Shown here one piece after another: positions 39,625 to 49,233 of a stretch of 64,000 nucleotides of DNA (positions are counted from its first letter, which is position 1; every line of letters starts with the position of its first letter). The DNA comes from an uncultured Gammaproteobacteria bacterium. GTDB lineage: Bacteria > Patescibacteriota > Patescibacteriia > UBA1558 > S5-K13. A program made the position numbers and the translations under genes. Below the pieces are notes generated by a model, which was given only the letters and a program-made list of their open reading frames with translations, searched no databases and was not told the DNA's origin. The DNA is taken from positions 135,260 through 199,259 of the forward strand of contig CAYRHT010000001.1 in assembly GCA_964424195.1 (NCBI GenBank), read 5' to 3'.

Positions 39625-40653
39625 ATGATTGAAGAAGATACACAAATATTAACCACTAAAGAACGAGAAGAGGACAAAACCTTGGAAGTTGCTTTGCGTC
39701 CCAAAAGTTTTAAAGAATATATTGGTCAAAAGAATGTGAAGGATAATTTAAAGATTTCTATTCAAGCTGCTAAACAGAGAGAAGAACCAATTGAACATGT
39801 TTTACTTTATGGTCCTCCTGGACTTGGTAAAACTACTTTAGCATATATTATTGCTCGAGAAATGGGAGCTAATATTAAAATTACTTCTGGACCAGCAATT
39901 GAAAAAGTAGGAGACTTAGCAGCTATTTTAACAAATTTAGAAGATGGAGATATTCTATTCATTGATGAGATTCATCGTTTAAACCGAGTAATTGAAGAAG
40001 TTTTGTATCCAGCTATGGAAGAGCATGCTCTAGATATAGTTATTGGTAAAGGTCCTTCAGCTCGAACCTTAAGATTAGATTTATCTAAATTTACAATTAT
40101 TGGAGCCACTACTCGTTATGATTTATTATCTTCACCTTTTCGAGATAGATTTGGCTTAATTTTTAGATTAGATTATTATCAAGCTCAAGAAATATCTACG
40201 ATTATCAAGAATAATGCTCAGAAATTAAATATTGAAATTGATGATCAGGGAGCAAAATATATTGCAGAGCGTTCTCGTTTAACTCCTCGAATTGCTAATC
40301 GTTTGTTAAAAAGAGTAAGGGATTATGCTCAAGTGAAAGGTAATGGAAAAATTTCTGGAGATTATGCTTTAGAAGCTCTTTCGATGATTGATGTTGATAG
40401 TCATGGTTTAGACTATATTGATCGAAGAATACTAGAAACTATTGTGGATAAATTTAAAGGTGGTCCAGTTGGATTATCAACTTTGTCAGCAGCAGCTGGG
40501 GAAGAAATTGGAACCATTAGTGAAATCTATGAACCTTACTTAATGCGAATTGGATTTTTAGCACGAACTTCAAGAGGACGAGTTGTAACTGAAGAAGGAT
40601 ACAAACATATTGAAAGAGAATGTCCAGATGATATACAGAACAAATTATTATGA
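39625..40653 (+). CDS. ruvB: Holliday junction branch-migration helicase RuvB
   Basis: [12 protein letters not shown], Walker [12 protein letters not shown] and sensor motifs. 342 aa. Confidence 0.92.
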   Translation: MIEEDTQILTTKEREEDKTLEVALRPKSFKEYIGQKNVKDNLKISIQAAKQREEPIEHVLLYGPPGLGKTTLAYIIAREMGANIKITSGPAIEKVGDLAAILTNLEDGDILFIDEIHRLNRVIEEVLYPAMEEHALDIVIGKGPSARTLRLDLSKFTIIGATTRYDLLSSPFRDRFGLIFRLDYYQAQEISTIIKNNAQKLNIEIDDQGAKYIAERSRLTPRIANRLLKRVRDYAQVKGNGKISGDYALEALSMIDVDSHGLDYIDRRILETIVDKFKGGPVGLSTLSAAAGEEIGTISEIYEPYLMRIGFLARTSRGRVVTEEGYKHIERECPDDIQNKLL

Positions 40654-41183
40654 AGAAAATATTATTACATTCCTGTTGTGCACCATGTAGTGCTCACGTA
40701 ATTCAAGAGTTACAAAAAGAATATGAAGTAACTCTCTTTTATTTCAATCCTAATATTTTTCCAGAAGCGGAATATCAGAAAAGATTAGCAGAAGCTAAGA
40801 AATATTTGAAGAAAATTAATGTAAATTTGATAGAAGGAAAGTATGATTATCAAGCTTGGTTAGAAAAAGTTAAGGGCTATGAAAATGAACCAGAGAGAGG
40901 TAAAAGATGTCAGATTTGCTATCAAATGCGTTTAGCAGAAACAGCTTCTCAGGCGAAAGAATTAGGATGTTCAGTATTTTGTTCTACATTATCAATAAGT
41001 CCTCATAAGGACTCAGAAATGGTAAATAAGATAGGTTTAGAGCTCTCAGAAGAGCATAATATTAGCTATTTACCATCAGATTGGAAAAAACAAGAAGGTT
41101 TTAAAAAAGCTTGTGATATTTCTAAAGAAGAAGGGTTCTATAGACAAGAATATTGTGGCTGTGAATTTAGTATTAGGAAATAA
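40650..41183 (+). CDS. queH: Epoxyqueuosine reductase QueH (DUF208)
   Basis: [11 protein letters not shown]-terminal motif plus conserved Cys (CQICY, CGCEF). Confidence 0.8.
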   Translation: MKKILLHSCCAPCSAHVIQELQKEYEVTLFYFNPNIFPEAEYQKRLAEAKKYLKKINVNLIEGKYDYQAWLEKVKGYENEPERGKRCQICYQMRLAETASQAKELGCSVFCSTLSISPHKDSEMVNKIGLELSEEHNISYLPSDWKKQEGFKKACDISKEEGFYRQEYCGCEFSIRK

Positions 41184-41186
41184 AAT

Positions 41187-42227
41187 ATGAAATTAAGTGA
41201 ATTTAATTACAATTTACCTCAGAAGATGATTGCTCAAAAACCGGCTTCACCGCGGGATTCTTCTAAATTAATGTTAGTTAATTATCAGAGTGGAAAATTA
41301 AGTAATTATATTTTTAATGAACTCCCTGATTTTTTAGAAAAGGGTGATGTTTTAGTTTTTAATAATACTAAAGTTTTCCCAGCAAGGTTATTCGGTAAAA
41401 AAGAAACAGGTGGAAAGGTAGAAGTTTTTTTACTTACTCATCATCAGAAAAATGTTTGGGAAGTATTGATTGGTGGGAAGAGAATGAAAGTTGGGATGGA
41501 GATTATTTTTTCAAAAGATTTTAGATGTATTTTAAAACAAAAAACAGATTCCGGGGTTTGGAAAGTTAAATTTAGTTGTTCTGGAAAAAAGTTGGACAAA
41601 TTAATTGATCATTATGGAAATATTCCTATTCCTCCATATATTAAAAGTACAAGTAGTAAATCTAAATTGAAGAAAGAATATCAAACTGTTTATGCTCAGA
41701 AGAGAGGGTCAGTAGCAGCGCCAACAGCTGGCTTGCATTTTACTAATCGGATTTTGAATAAATTAAAGAAACAGGGAGTAGTTTTTAAATATGTGACCTT
41801 ACATGTTGGTCTAGGAACTTTTGAACCAGTGAAAGAAGAGAAAGTTGAAGACCATCAGATTCATTCTGAGTTTGGAATTCTAGATCAAGCTATTGCTAAA
41901 TATTTGAATAAAGCTCGGAAAAATGGTCGGAGAATTATTATTGTTGGTACTACTACTATGCGAGTTATTGAAGCTTTTGCTAATCAAAAAGGAATTTTAA
42001 AAGCAAATAAAAAATGGATAGATATATTTATCTATCCTGGTTACAAGTTTAAGTTTGCTAGTAATCTAATGACTAATTTTCATTTACCTAAATCAACTCT
42101 TTTAATGTTAATTTCAGCTTTAGCTGGAAAGTCTTTAGTTAAAAAAGCATATCAAAAAGCTATAAAAGATAAATACAGATTCTTTTCTTTTGGAGATGTT
42201 ATGTTGATTAATGATTTTAAAGAATGA
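41187..42227 (+). CDS. queA: S-adenosylmethionine:tRNA ribosyltransferase-isomerase
   Basis: LSEFNYNLPQKMIAQKPASPRDSSKLM is a QueA N-terminus. 346 aa. Confidence 0.9.
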   Translation: MKLSEFNYNLPQKMIAQKPASPRDSSKLMLVNYQSGKLSNYIFNELPDFLEKGDVLVFNNTKVFPARLFGKKETGGKVEVFLLTHHQKNVWEVLIGGKRMKVGMEIIFSKDFRCILKQKTDSGVWKVKFSCSGKKLDKLIDHYGNIPIPPYIKSTSSKSKLKKEYQTVYAQKRGSVAAPTAGLHFTNRILNKLKKQGVVFKYVTLHVGLGTFEPVKEEKVEDHQIHSEFGILDQAIAKYLNKARKNGRRIIIVGTTTMRVIEAFANQKGILKANKKWIDIFIYPGYKFKFASNLMTNFHLPKSTLLMLISALAGKSLVKKAYQKAIKDKYRFFSFGDVMLINDFKE

Positions 42228-42231
42228 AAAA

Positions 42232-42267
42232 AGGAAAGTTATTAGATGTTTATAACTTTCCTTTTTT
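42232..42267 (+). terminator. Intrinsic terminator after queA (11-bp stem)
   Basis: aggaaagttat-tagatgttt-ataactttcct hairpin followed by a T-run. Confidence 0.75.
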
Positions 42268-42507
42268 AATAATATATTCAAAAGCTAAATTTGTTTGATC
42301 GAACTCTTTAGGTATTTGAAAGGTTTTACCTTTCATTCCTTCGGGAGTATTAACTTCGAATATTATTAAAAGACTTTTGAGTTGTGATTCATCTGGAATA
42401 AAACTAAGAATTCTTTTCTTACGACTAGCAGATTTTTTAACAAATATCTGTGGTCCTGATTTACCGTCTAATTTAACCTCAACTATTTCTAATTTTATCT
42501 CTTCCAT
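42250..42507 (-). CDS. Small hypothetical protein; its last codons lie inside the queA terminator hairpin
   Basis: 85 aa with a strong RBS (AGGAGGGAAAATG). Confidence 0.45.
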   Translation of the reverse strand: MEEIKLEIVEVKLDGKSGPQIFVKKSASRKKRILSFIPDESQLKSLLIIFEVNTPEGMKGKTFQIPKEFDQTNLAFEYIIKKGKL

Positions 42508-42522
42508 TTTCCCTCCTATTTT

Positions 42523-43068
42523 CTAGTTTGTTTTTATATTTTCTAATAAGTTAATATATTCTTTTGGTAAATTGCAATCAAGTGCTCCTCGAATTAAAGT
42601 ATTTTTGTATCCAAGAGTTGTTATATCATCTCCAGACTGAGGTTGAATGTAAATATAGGCATCGTAGCTTTCTTGATCACTAATTTTAACATTAATTGTT
42701 TGACGATTATAACTATTAACTTCTCGGCCTTCTTGATAACCTTCAATTCTATCTAAATCATAAATATCATCCATATCTAATAAGTATAGACAACCCCAAA
42801 GTATTTGATCTTCAATTTTTTCAATATTACCAACTTTTCTGGGAAAAGTTAAGTGATAATTTTCTAGGTAAGCTGGGCCAATAACTTTAATATTTGAGTT
42901 ATTAGTTCGAGAACGCATTTTATCAATATCCATATTACTACCGTAAGCAAAATAATAATATTGGTTAGTAGTTATTTCTGATTCAGAAGTTTTTTTCTGA
43001 AAGAATAAAAAGAATATTATCAGAATGGAAAAAGAGATGATGATTACTAAACCAATTTTTCTTTTCAT
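42523..43068 (-). CDS. Gamma-glutamyl cyclotransferase-like (AIG2/GGCT family) protein with N-terminal TM/signal
   Basis: YYFAYGSNMD motif characteristic of the GGCT/AIG2 fold. N-terminal hydrophobic helix. Confidence 0.6.
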   Translation of the reverse strand: MKRKIGLVIIISFSILIIFFLFFQKKTSESEITTNQYYYFAYGSNMDIDKMRSRTNNSNIKVIGPAYLENYHLTFPRKVGNIEKIEDQILWGCLYLLDMDDIYDLDRIEGYQEGREVNSYNRQTINVKISDQESYDAYIYIQPQSGDDITTLGYKNTLIRGALDCNLPKEYINLLENIKTN

Positions 43069-43077
43069 TGTTTTTGT

Positions 43078-44133
43078 TTAATTACTAAATCTAAAAACCA
43101 TTGTATCTCCATCTTGAGTGATGTATTCTTTACCCTCTAATCTAATTAATCCTTTTTCTTTAGCCTGGACTTCTCCACCAGCATCAAGTAAGTCTTTCCA
43201 ATTTATAACTTCAGCTCGAATAAAACCGTCTTCAAAATCTGTATGTATTTTTCCAGCTGATTGAGGAGCAGTAGATCCTTTTTTAATTGTCCAGGCTCGG
43301 GATTCTTTAGGTCCACTAGTTAAGAAAGTTATTAAATCTAAAGCTTGATATGATTCTTTAATTAACTTATTCAAACCAGTATCTTCAATTCCTAATTCTT
43401 TCATATACTCTTCTAAATCTTTTCCTTCTAGTTCTGCTAATTCTGATTCTAGCTTAGCACAAATAGTTAAACCATCTTCAGCTTTATCACTCAATTCATT
43501 TTCATCAACATTGTAGGCATAAAGCATTGGTTTCAGAGTGAGTAGACTATAGCTTTTAATTAACTTTCTTTCATCAGTATTTAAATCTGTTTCAATAGCT
43601 AATTTATTGTTTTCTAAAGTGTCTTTAATTTTATCTAAAACTATTTTTAGTTTATCAATCTCTTTGTCATGTGGTCCTTTAAGTTGAGAATTTACTTTAT
43701 CCAATACTTTGTTAATAGTTTCTAAATCAGACATGATTAATTCTAAATTAATAACTTCTTGATCACTGCTCGGATTTATCTCTCCATGAACATGAGTAAC
43801 ATTAGGATCATTAAATCTTCGCACAACTTGAAGAATAGCATCTACCTCTCGGATATTGGATAGAAACTTGTTTCCTAATCCTTCTCCTTTGGAAGCTCCT
43901 TTTACTAAACCAGCAATATCAACAAACTCTATTGTAGTGTAAATAGTTTTTTCAGAATTATGTATTTTAGATAAAGAGTCTAATCTTTCGTCAGGTACAG
44001 TAACAACACCTACATTTGGTTCAATGGTACAAAAAGGGTAATTAGAAGCATCTACTTGTTTTTTAGTTAAGGCTTTAAATAGTGTTGATTTACCAACATT
44101 TGGTAAGCCTACTATTCCAATTGAGAATGACAT
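43078..44133 (-). CDS. ychF: Ribosome-binding ATPase YchF (Obg family)
   Basis: G1 motif [12 protein letters not shown]-domain, TGS-like C-terminus. 351 aa. Confidence 0.9.
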   Translation of the reverse strand: MSFSIGIVGLPNVGKSTLFKALTKKQVDASNYPFCTIEPNVGVVTVPDERLDSLSKIHNSEKTIYTTIEFVDIAGLVKGASKGEGLGNKFLSNIREVDAILQVVRRFNDPNVTHVHGEINPSSDQEVINLELIMSDLETINKVLDKVNSQLKGPHDKEIDKLKIVLDKIKDTLENNKLAIETDLNTDERKLIKSYSLLTLKPMLYAYNVDENELSDKAEDGLTICAKLESELAELEGKDLEEYMKELGIEDTGLNKLIKESYQALDLITFLTSGPKESRAWTIKKGSTAPQSAGKIHTDFEDGFIRAEVINWKDLLDAGGEVQAKEKGLIRLEGKEYITQDGDTMVFRFSN

Positions 44134-44190
44134 GATTAATTAATATTTTATTAGTTTTAACTACCATAAATTTAACTAATATTTAGGTTT

Positions 44191-44832
44191 TTGTCCACAT
44201 TTTTAAAAAATAAAATTCTATGTTATAGTGTATTTACTAAGAAATTAAAAAACATTATGTCTAAAACATTATTTAATAATATTATAAAGGATTTAAAACT
44301 TTATTACCAAGAAAGAGGAGTTTTACATAAAATATCATCTGAAGGGCTTACTAAAAGCAAACAAGCAATCTTTACTGCTCATGATGGTGAAATTGCAAAA
44401 GCGGAGAAGATACTTAAAGAAGTTAGGGGATTATTAACAGATTTGAATAAAAAGTATAATCATAGTAATCGATTACAATTTGAAGGATCCTATCGAGCTT
44501 GTGTTGAAGAATTTTTAGAAGCTAGTTTTTTTGTAGCTACTCTAAAGGGTAAAGAATTAAAATTAGATCCTGATTTTCAATTTGGGCCAGAAGAATATAT
44601 TGGTGGACTTTGTGATTTAACTGGTGAATTAGTTAGACAAGCAGTTTTATTAGGAAGTAAAAAGAATTTACCTAAGATTAAAAAATATACTAAGATGACT
44701 AAAGAAGTTGTTGGATTTATGATGCAATTATATATCTCTGGAAAATCAAGACAAAAATTTGATGAAGCTAAGAGAAATTTAAAGAGATTAGAACAAATTG
44801 TTTATGAAATTAATTTAAAAAATATTAAATAA
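44191..44832 (+). CDS. Translin-family protein; the true start may be the Met at 44257
   Basis: EEYIGGLCDLTGELVRQAV and SRQKFDEAKRNLKRLEQIVYEINL align with translin core EYLGGISDLTGELMRLAI and LRKRYDGLKYDVKKVEEVVYDLSI. Confidence 0.6.
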   Translation: MSTFLKNKILCYSVFTKKLKNIMSKTLFNNIIKDLKLYYQERGVLHKISSEGLTKSKQAIFTAHDGEIAKAEKILKEVRGLLTDLNKKYNHSNRLQFEGSYRACVEEFLEASFFVATLKGKELKLDPDFQFGPEEYIGGLCDLTGELVRQAVLLGSKKNLPKIKKYTKMTKEVVGFMMQLYISGKSRQKFDEAKRNLKRLEQIVYEINLKNIK

Positions 44833-44855
44833 CAAAAAGAAAGACAAACAAAAAT

Positions 44856-44984
44856 ATGCATCGATTACCTAAAAGTGTTAGAAAATATATTGCCCATCAG
44901 AAATCTTTAATTCGGAGAGATTTTTCTAATCAGACAGAAGTGGAAGACAAGATCAGAAATTTATATAGTAAATTTGGACTTTAG
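44856..44984 (+). CDS. Small basic peptide A (42 aa), paralogue of peptide B
   Basis: MHRLPKSVRKYIAHQKSLIRRDFSNQTEVEDKIRNLYSKFGL. Shares LPK, KYI and the C-terminal LYxKF(G/S) with peptide B. Weak RBS. Terminator hairpin follows. Confidence 0.4.
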   Translation: MHRLPKSVRKYIAHQKSLIRRDFSNQTEVEDKIRNLYSKFGL

Positions 44985-44994
44985 AGTTATAATT

Positions 44995-45034
44995 ATCCCT
45001 AAATTATTTTTTGTTTAGATTTAGGGATTTTTTG
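44995..45034 (+). terminator. Intrinsic terminator after peptide A
   Basis: atccctaa-(18-nt loop)-ttagggat followed by TTTTTT. A TTGACA -35-like box follows at 45036. Confidence 0.6.
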
Positions 45035-45099
45035 ATTGACAAAGAATAATAGAAGGTGTAAGTTTTAGAAAAGAGGATAAAATGATTAAGGGAGGAAAG

Positions 45100-45258
45100 A
45101 TGCGTAGTAGTTGTAGATTACCTAAGAATATTCAAGTTAGACTCTCCAGAGGCGCTCATAAATATATTAGGAAAGAGAAAGCTAAAATAAATAGATCTCT
45201 TTTAAGTGCCGAGAAGAAAAAAGACAAAATGAAAGAGTTATATTTAAAATTTTCATAA
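45100..45258 (+). CDS. Small basic peptide B (52 aa), paralogue of peptide A
   Basis: MRSSCRLPKNIQVRLSRGAHKYIRKEKAKINRSLLSAEKKKDKMKELYLKFS. Has its own TTGACA...TAAGTT promoter-like boxes and an AAGGGAGGAAAGATG RBS. Confidence 0.5.
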   Translation: MRSSCRLPKNIQVRLSRGAHKYIRKEKAKINRSLLSAEKKKDKMKELYLKFS

Positions 45259-45262
45259 ATAT

Positions 45263-45294
45263 AAGTTCCCCGAGCATTACTCTGGGAACTTTTT
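45263..45294 (+). terminator. Intrinsic terminator after peptide B
   Basis: gttcccc-gagcattactct-ggggaac hairpin followed by a T-run. Confidence 0.75.
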
Positions 45295-45319
45295 TATTTA
45301 TCCCCATTGTCAGTTAGTT

Positions 45320-46735
45320 GTGAGATATGATATTATTTTAATATCATTTATGATTAATAAATTATTTTCAAATGGTGATGATTTGACTAATGGTTCTCGT
45401 CTCCAAGAGTTCATGGCCAAGCCTAAGAAAGCATTATGGACACTAGCAGGTCCTATAATTTTTAGTTTAATGTTTCAAGCTTTGTATCTAATTATAGATA
45501 CTTTTTTTGTAATTAAAATTGGATATGAGGCTGTAGCAGCTATTACTTTTGCCATGCCTGTTTTTTTAATTATTGTAGCTACAGTAACTGGTTTTGGGAT
45601 TGGAGTTACTACTTTAATTTCCAAATATATTGGTGCTCAAGAAAAAGAAAAAGCTTCTAAGATTGCCCATCATGCTGTAATTGCTGGTTTAATATTAGGA
45701 GTATTTATTAGTTTATTTGGTTATATTATTACTCCAGCTATTTTTAAATTTTTAGGAGCTACTGGAATTACTTTATTTTTAGCTATTCAATATTTTAGAG
45801 TAATTTTTATTGGTAGTCTTTTTTTAGTTTCTTCAGTAATTTTTAGATCTATTTTAGCTGGTGAAGGTAATCATATGGCTCCAGCTACTATTTTAGTTAT
45901 TGCTGTGGTTATAAATTTAATTTTAGATCCTATTTTTATAATTGTTTTAGATTGGGGAATCCAAGGAGCTGCTTGGGCAACTCTTTGTGGTTTTTTATTT
46001 TCTTTTATTACTTATGCTTATTTTTTATTCATCAAAAATTCATCTTTTTTTAATTTCAATTTTAAAGAATTTAATTTTAATGCTAGTTTAATTAAAAAGA
46101 TATTTAAGATTGGAGCTCCAATTGCAGTATCTCAAATGTTATTATCTAGTGGAGCTATGATAGTTAATTTTTTTGTTTCTCGTTTTGGACAAGAAATGGT
46201 AGCTGGTTTTGGTTTAGCGTCGAGGTTAGAATCTTTGTATATAATTATATTAATTGGTTTAAGTTCAGCTCTGTTAACTCTATTAGGAATGTATTTAGGT
46301 GCTAAGCGTTATGATTTGATAAAATTAATTGTTCATTATTCAGCTAGAGTCAGTTTAGTTATTAGTTTATTTATTGGAATTCTTCTTTATTTTTTCTCGG
46401 GAATGTTCTTATCGATATTTACTAACAATATAATGTTAATTAGTATTGGAATTCTTTATTTTAAGATTACAGTTTATTCCTATCCAGCTATTGCTATAAT
46501 ATATGTGATAGCTAAATTACTCCAAGTAGCAGGTCATCCTATTAAAGATGTTTTGATTAATCTTTTTAGACTAGTAATATTCTTTTTACCTCTGGCTTAT
46601 CTCTTAGCTTATGGATTGGATTGGGGAATTAGAGGAATCTGGTATGCTCGTTTATTTGCCACATTACTAGCTCTGATAACAGCAGTCATTTTCTACAAGA
46701 AAGTTTGTTTTCAAGTTAAAGAAGTTTGTAAATAA
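45320..46735 (+). CDS. MATE family efflux transporter
   Basis: 12 predicted TM helices. N-terminal LAGPIIFSLMFQALYLIIDTFFV...GYEAVAAITFAMPVF pattern typical of NorM/MATE. Confidence 0.75.
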   Translation: MRYDIILISFMINKLFSNGDDLTNGSRLQEFMAKPKKALWTLAGPIIFSLMFQALYLIIDTFFVIKIGYEAVAAITFAMPVFLIIVATVTGFGIGVTTLISKYIGAQEKEKASKIAHHAVIAGLILGVFISLFGYIITPAIFKFLGATGITLFLAIQYFRVIFIGSLFLVSSVIFRSILAGEGNHMAPATILVIAVVINLILDPIFIIVLDWGIQGAAWATLCGFLFSFITYAYFLFIKNSSFFNFNFKEFNFNASLIKKIFKIGAPIAVSQMLLSSGAMIVNFFVSRFGQEMVAGFGLASRLESLYIIILIGLSSALLTLLGMYLGAKRYDLIKLIVHYSARVSLVISLFIGILLYFFSGMFLSIFTNNIMLISIGILYFKITVYSYPAIAIIYVIAKLLQVAGHPIKDVLINLFRLVIFFLPLAYLLAYGLDWGIRGIWYARLFATLLALITAVIFYKKVCFQVKEVCK

Positions 46736-46761
46736 GATTATATAGTATTTAAATAATTTTT

Positions 46762-47802
46762 ATGATTTTATCTTCTTACAATAATTTATATTTATTTATT
46801 AAAAGACATTTTAATAATTTGTTACCTTTTTTAAATTTTGTTAAGCTTTTTAATGGAGTTACTGCTTTGTTAGAGATGGCTATGAGGAAGGAAAGGTGTC
46901 ATTCATTTCCTTTGATATATAGAATAGATCCTTGTACTCAATGTAATTTAAAGTGTCCACCATGTACATCTTGGCAAACAAATACTAAAGAAAAAAGGAT
47001 GATGGAATACAGTGATTACAAAGTGATAATTGATAAAGTAAAAAAATACGCTTTGAGAGCTTCATTATATGACATGGGAGAACCCTTGTTGAATAAGGAT
47101 ATCTATAAAATGATTAAATATGCTAGTAATAATAATATAAGTACATTAATTAGTACTAATTTTAATTTATTTAATAGGAATCAAATTAAGGATTTATTTG
47201 AAAGTCGCTTAACTGTTTTAGAGCCTTGTTTGGATAGTTTTACTCAAAAAAATTATGAAATATATAGAAGAGGTGGGAATGTTCAATTGGTTAAAAATAA
47301 CATAAAAAGTGTTATGGAATATAAATTAAAGAATAAATTTAAATATCCAATTGTTGATGTACAGATTATTAATTTTAAATATATAAAAAATGAAATTCCT
47401 TTAATTAATAAATTTTTAAAAAGAAATAAAGTAGATAAAATTACTTATCGGAAGGATATTTATGATTTTAATACAGACATAATTACAGAGGTTAAAAGTA
47501 ATAGAAAAACATGTTTTTGGTTGTATTTAGGTATGATGATTAGACCAGATGGAAATGTTTATCCTTGTTGTGGTAAAGATTTCAATCGTTTTTCTTATGG
47601 TAATATATTGAGTCAAAATTTAGAGGATATTTGGAATAATGAATATTATCGTTTTTCTAGAAAGTTATTTAAGAGGGGTAAGAACTTATCTTACAATAAA
47701 AAGATGAAAAATATACCTTGTTTAACTTGTAATAATTTTACAAAATTAAGAATAATGAAAAAAGACTGTAATAAAAATCCTCTACTGAGAGTAGAGGATT
47801 AA
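46762..47802 (+). CDS. Radical SAM protein with C-terminal SPASM/twitch-like Cys-rich domain; the true start is probably the Met at 46876/46882
   Basis: Cx3Cx2C motif CNLKCPPC. GEPLL SAM-binding motif. C-terminal CFWLYLGMMIRPDGNVYPCCGKDF...CLTCNNF auxiliary-cluster-type cysteines. Confidence 0.7.
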   Translation: MILSSYNNLYLFIKRHFNNLLPFLNFVKLFNGVTALLEMAMRKERCHSFPLIYRIDPCTQCNLKCPPCTSWQTNTKEKRMMEYSDYKVIIDKVKKYALRASLYDMGEPLLNKDIYKMIKYASNNNISTLISTNFNLFNRNQIKDLFESRLTVLEPCLDSFTQKNYEIYRRGGNVQLVKNNIKSVMEYKLKNKFKYPIVDVQIINFKYIKNEIPLINKFLKRNKVDKITYRKDIYDFNTDIITEVKSNRKTCFWLYLGMMIRPDGNVYPCCGKDFNRFSYGNILSQNLEDIWNNEYYRFSRKLFKRGKNLSYNKKMKNIPCLTCNNFTKLRIMKKDCNKNPLLRVED

Positions 47803-47818
47803 AAGGAAGTAAGTTTTT

Positions 47819-49117
47819 TTAATAATCTAAGTCTGGATAAAGAGGAAATTTATCACACAGGTCTTTGACTTGTTTTTTTATTTTCTCTAAAACTGTATTA
47901 TCTTTGTTATTCTTTAAAGCCTCTACAATCATCTTAGCTATTTCTTTCATTTCTTCTTCTTTCATTCCTCTAGAAGTCAAAGCTGGAGTGCCAATTCTAA
48001 TTCCAGATGGATCAAATGGAGATCGAGGATCAAAAGGAATAGTATTCTTATTCACCGTAATCATAGCCTTTTCTAGAGCAGTTTCAGCTTCGGAACCACT
48101 AATATTAAAAGGAGTAACATCAATAAGCATTAGATGATTATCAGTTCCACCAGTGATTACTTTTAATCCAGCATTCATTAATTCTTCAGCTAATACTTTA
48201 GCATTTTTTACAATCTGTTCAGCATAAACTTTAAATTCTGGTTGTTGAACTTCGAATAAAGCTTGAGCTATTCCAGCTGTAGTTTGATTATGAGGACCAC
48301 CTTGTAATCCTGGGAATACAGCTCGATCAATATATGATGGAATATTATGTTTTGATTCTTTCCAACCAATAACTGGTTCTGGTTTCTTAACTGGATTAGA
48401 TGGATCACCATCACACATAATCATTGCTCCTCGAGGTCCTCTTAAAGTCTTGTGAGTAGTAGTAGTAATTACATCAGCATGTCCAGCTGGAGAAGGATGA
48501 ACACCACCAGCAATTAAACCAGCAATATGAGCAACATCAGCAATTAAAAATGCATTTTCAGCATGAACAATTTCTGCTAATTTTTTAAAATCAATTATTC
48601 GAGAATAAGCAGTTGCTCCAACAAAGACTAGTTTTGGTTTTTCTTTTTTAACTAAAGCTTCAATAGCATCATAATCTAGGAAACCATCTTTATCAGTAGT
48701 ATATTGAATTGATTCATAGAATCTTCCACTAAAATTTACTTTCCAACCATGAGTTAGATGTCCACCATACAAAAGATTAAATCCCATTACTTTATCTCCT
48801 GGTTCACAAAGAGCAAAATATACAGCTTGGTTAGCTGGAGATCCAGAATATGGTTGAAGATTAGCATGGTCAACTTTAAAGATATTTTTAGCATAATCTC
48901 GACCCATATTTTCAATTTCATCTACAAATTCATTGCCACCATAATATCTTTTTCCGGGATAGCCTTCAGAATATTTATTAGTTAAAATTGAACCCATAGC
49001 TTTAAGGACATTTTCGGAAACATAATTCTCTGAAGCAATCATTTCTAAACCATCTTGTTGGCGTCCAAGTTCTTGGTTAATTAATCCAAATAAGTCATTG
49101 TCTTTTTTGTTTATCAT
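47819..49117 (-). CDS. glyA: Serine hydroxymethyltransferase
   Basis: LEMIASENYVS, PLP-lysine motif TTTTHKTLRGPRG. 432 aa. Confidence 0.93.
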   Translation of the reverse strand: MINKKDNDLFGLINQELGRQQDGLEMIASENYVSENVLKAMGSILTNKYSEGYPGKRYYGGNEFVDEIENMGRDYAKNIFKVDHANLQPYSGSPANQAVYFALCEPGDKVMGFNLLYGGHLTHGWKVNFSGRFYESIQYTTDKDGFLDYDAIEALVKKEKPKLVFVGATAYSRIIDFKKLAEIVHAENAFLIADVAHIAGLIAGGVHPSPAGHADVITTTTHKTLRGPRGAMIMCDGDPSNPVKKPEPVIGWKESKHNIPSYIDRAVFPGLQGGPHNQTTAGIAQALFEVQQPEFKVYAEQIVKNAKVLAEELMNAGLKVITGGTDNHLMLIDVTPFNISGSEAETALEKAMITVNKNTIPFDPRSPFDPSGIRIGTPALTSRGMKEEEMKEIAKMIVEALKNNKDNTVLEKIKKQVKDLCDKFPLYPDLDY

Positions 49118-49233
49118 AGATTTAATTTATTTTTAAGTATTAATATTATATCATTGTTTAAAGATTTTTCTATATTGACATTATAAGAATATTATTTTAA
49201 GATATAGAAAATAAAGAAGAAATAGGAGGAAAG

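Noticed and set aside
45082-45258. Alternative upstream start (ATG at 45082) for small peptide B
   Set aside because: The GGGAGGAAAG Shine-Dalgarno sequence lies between the two ATGs and is optimally spaced for the ATG at 45100. The upstream ATG would place the SD inside the coding region.
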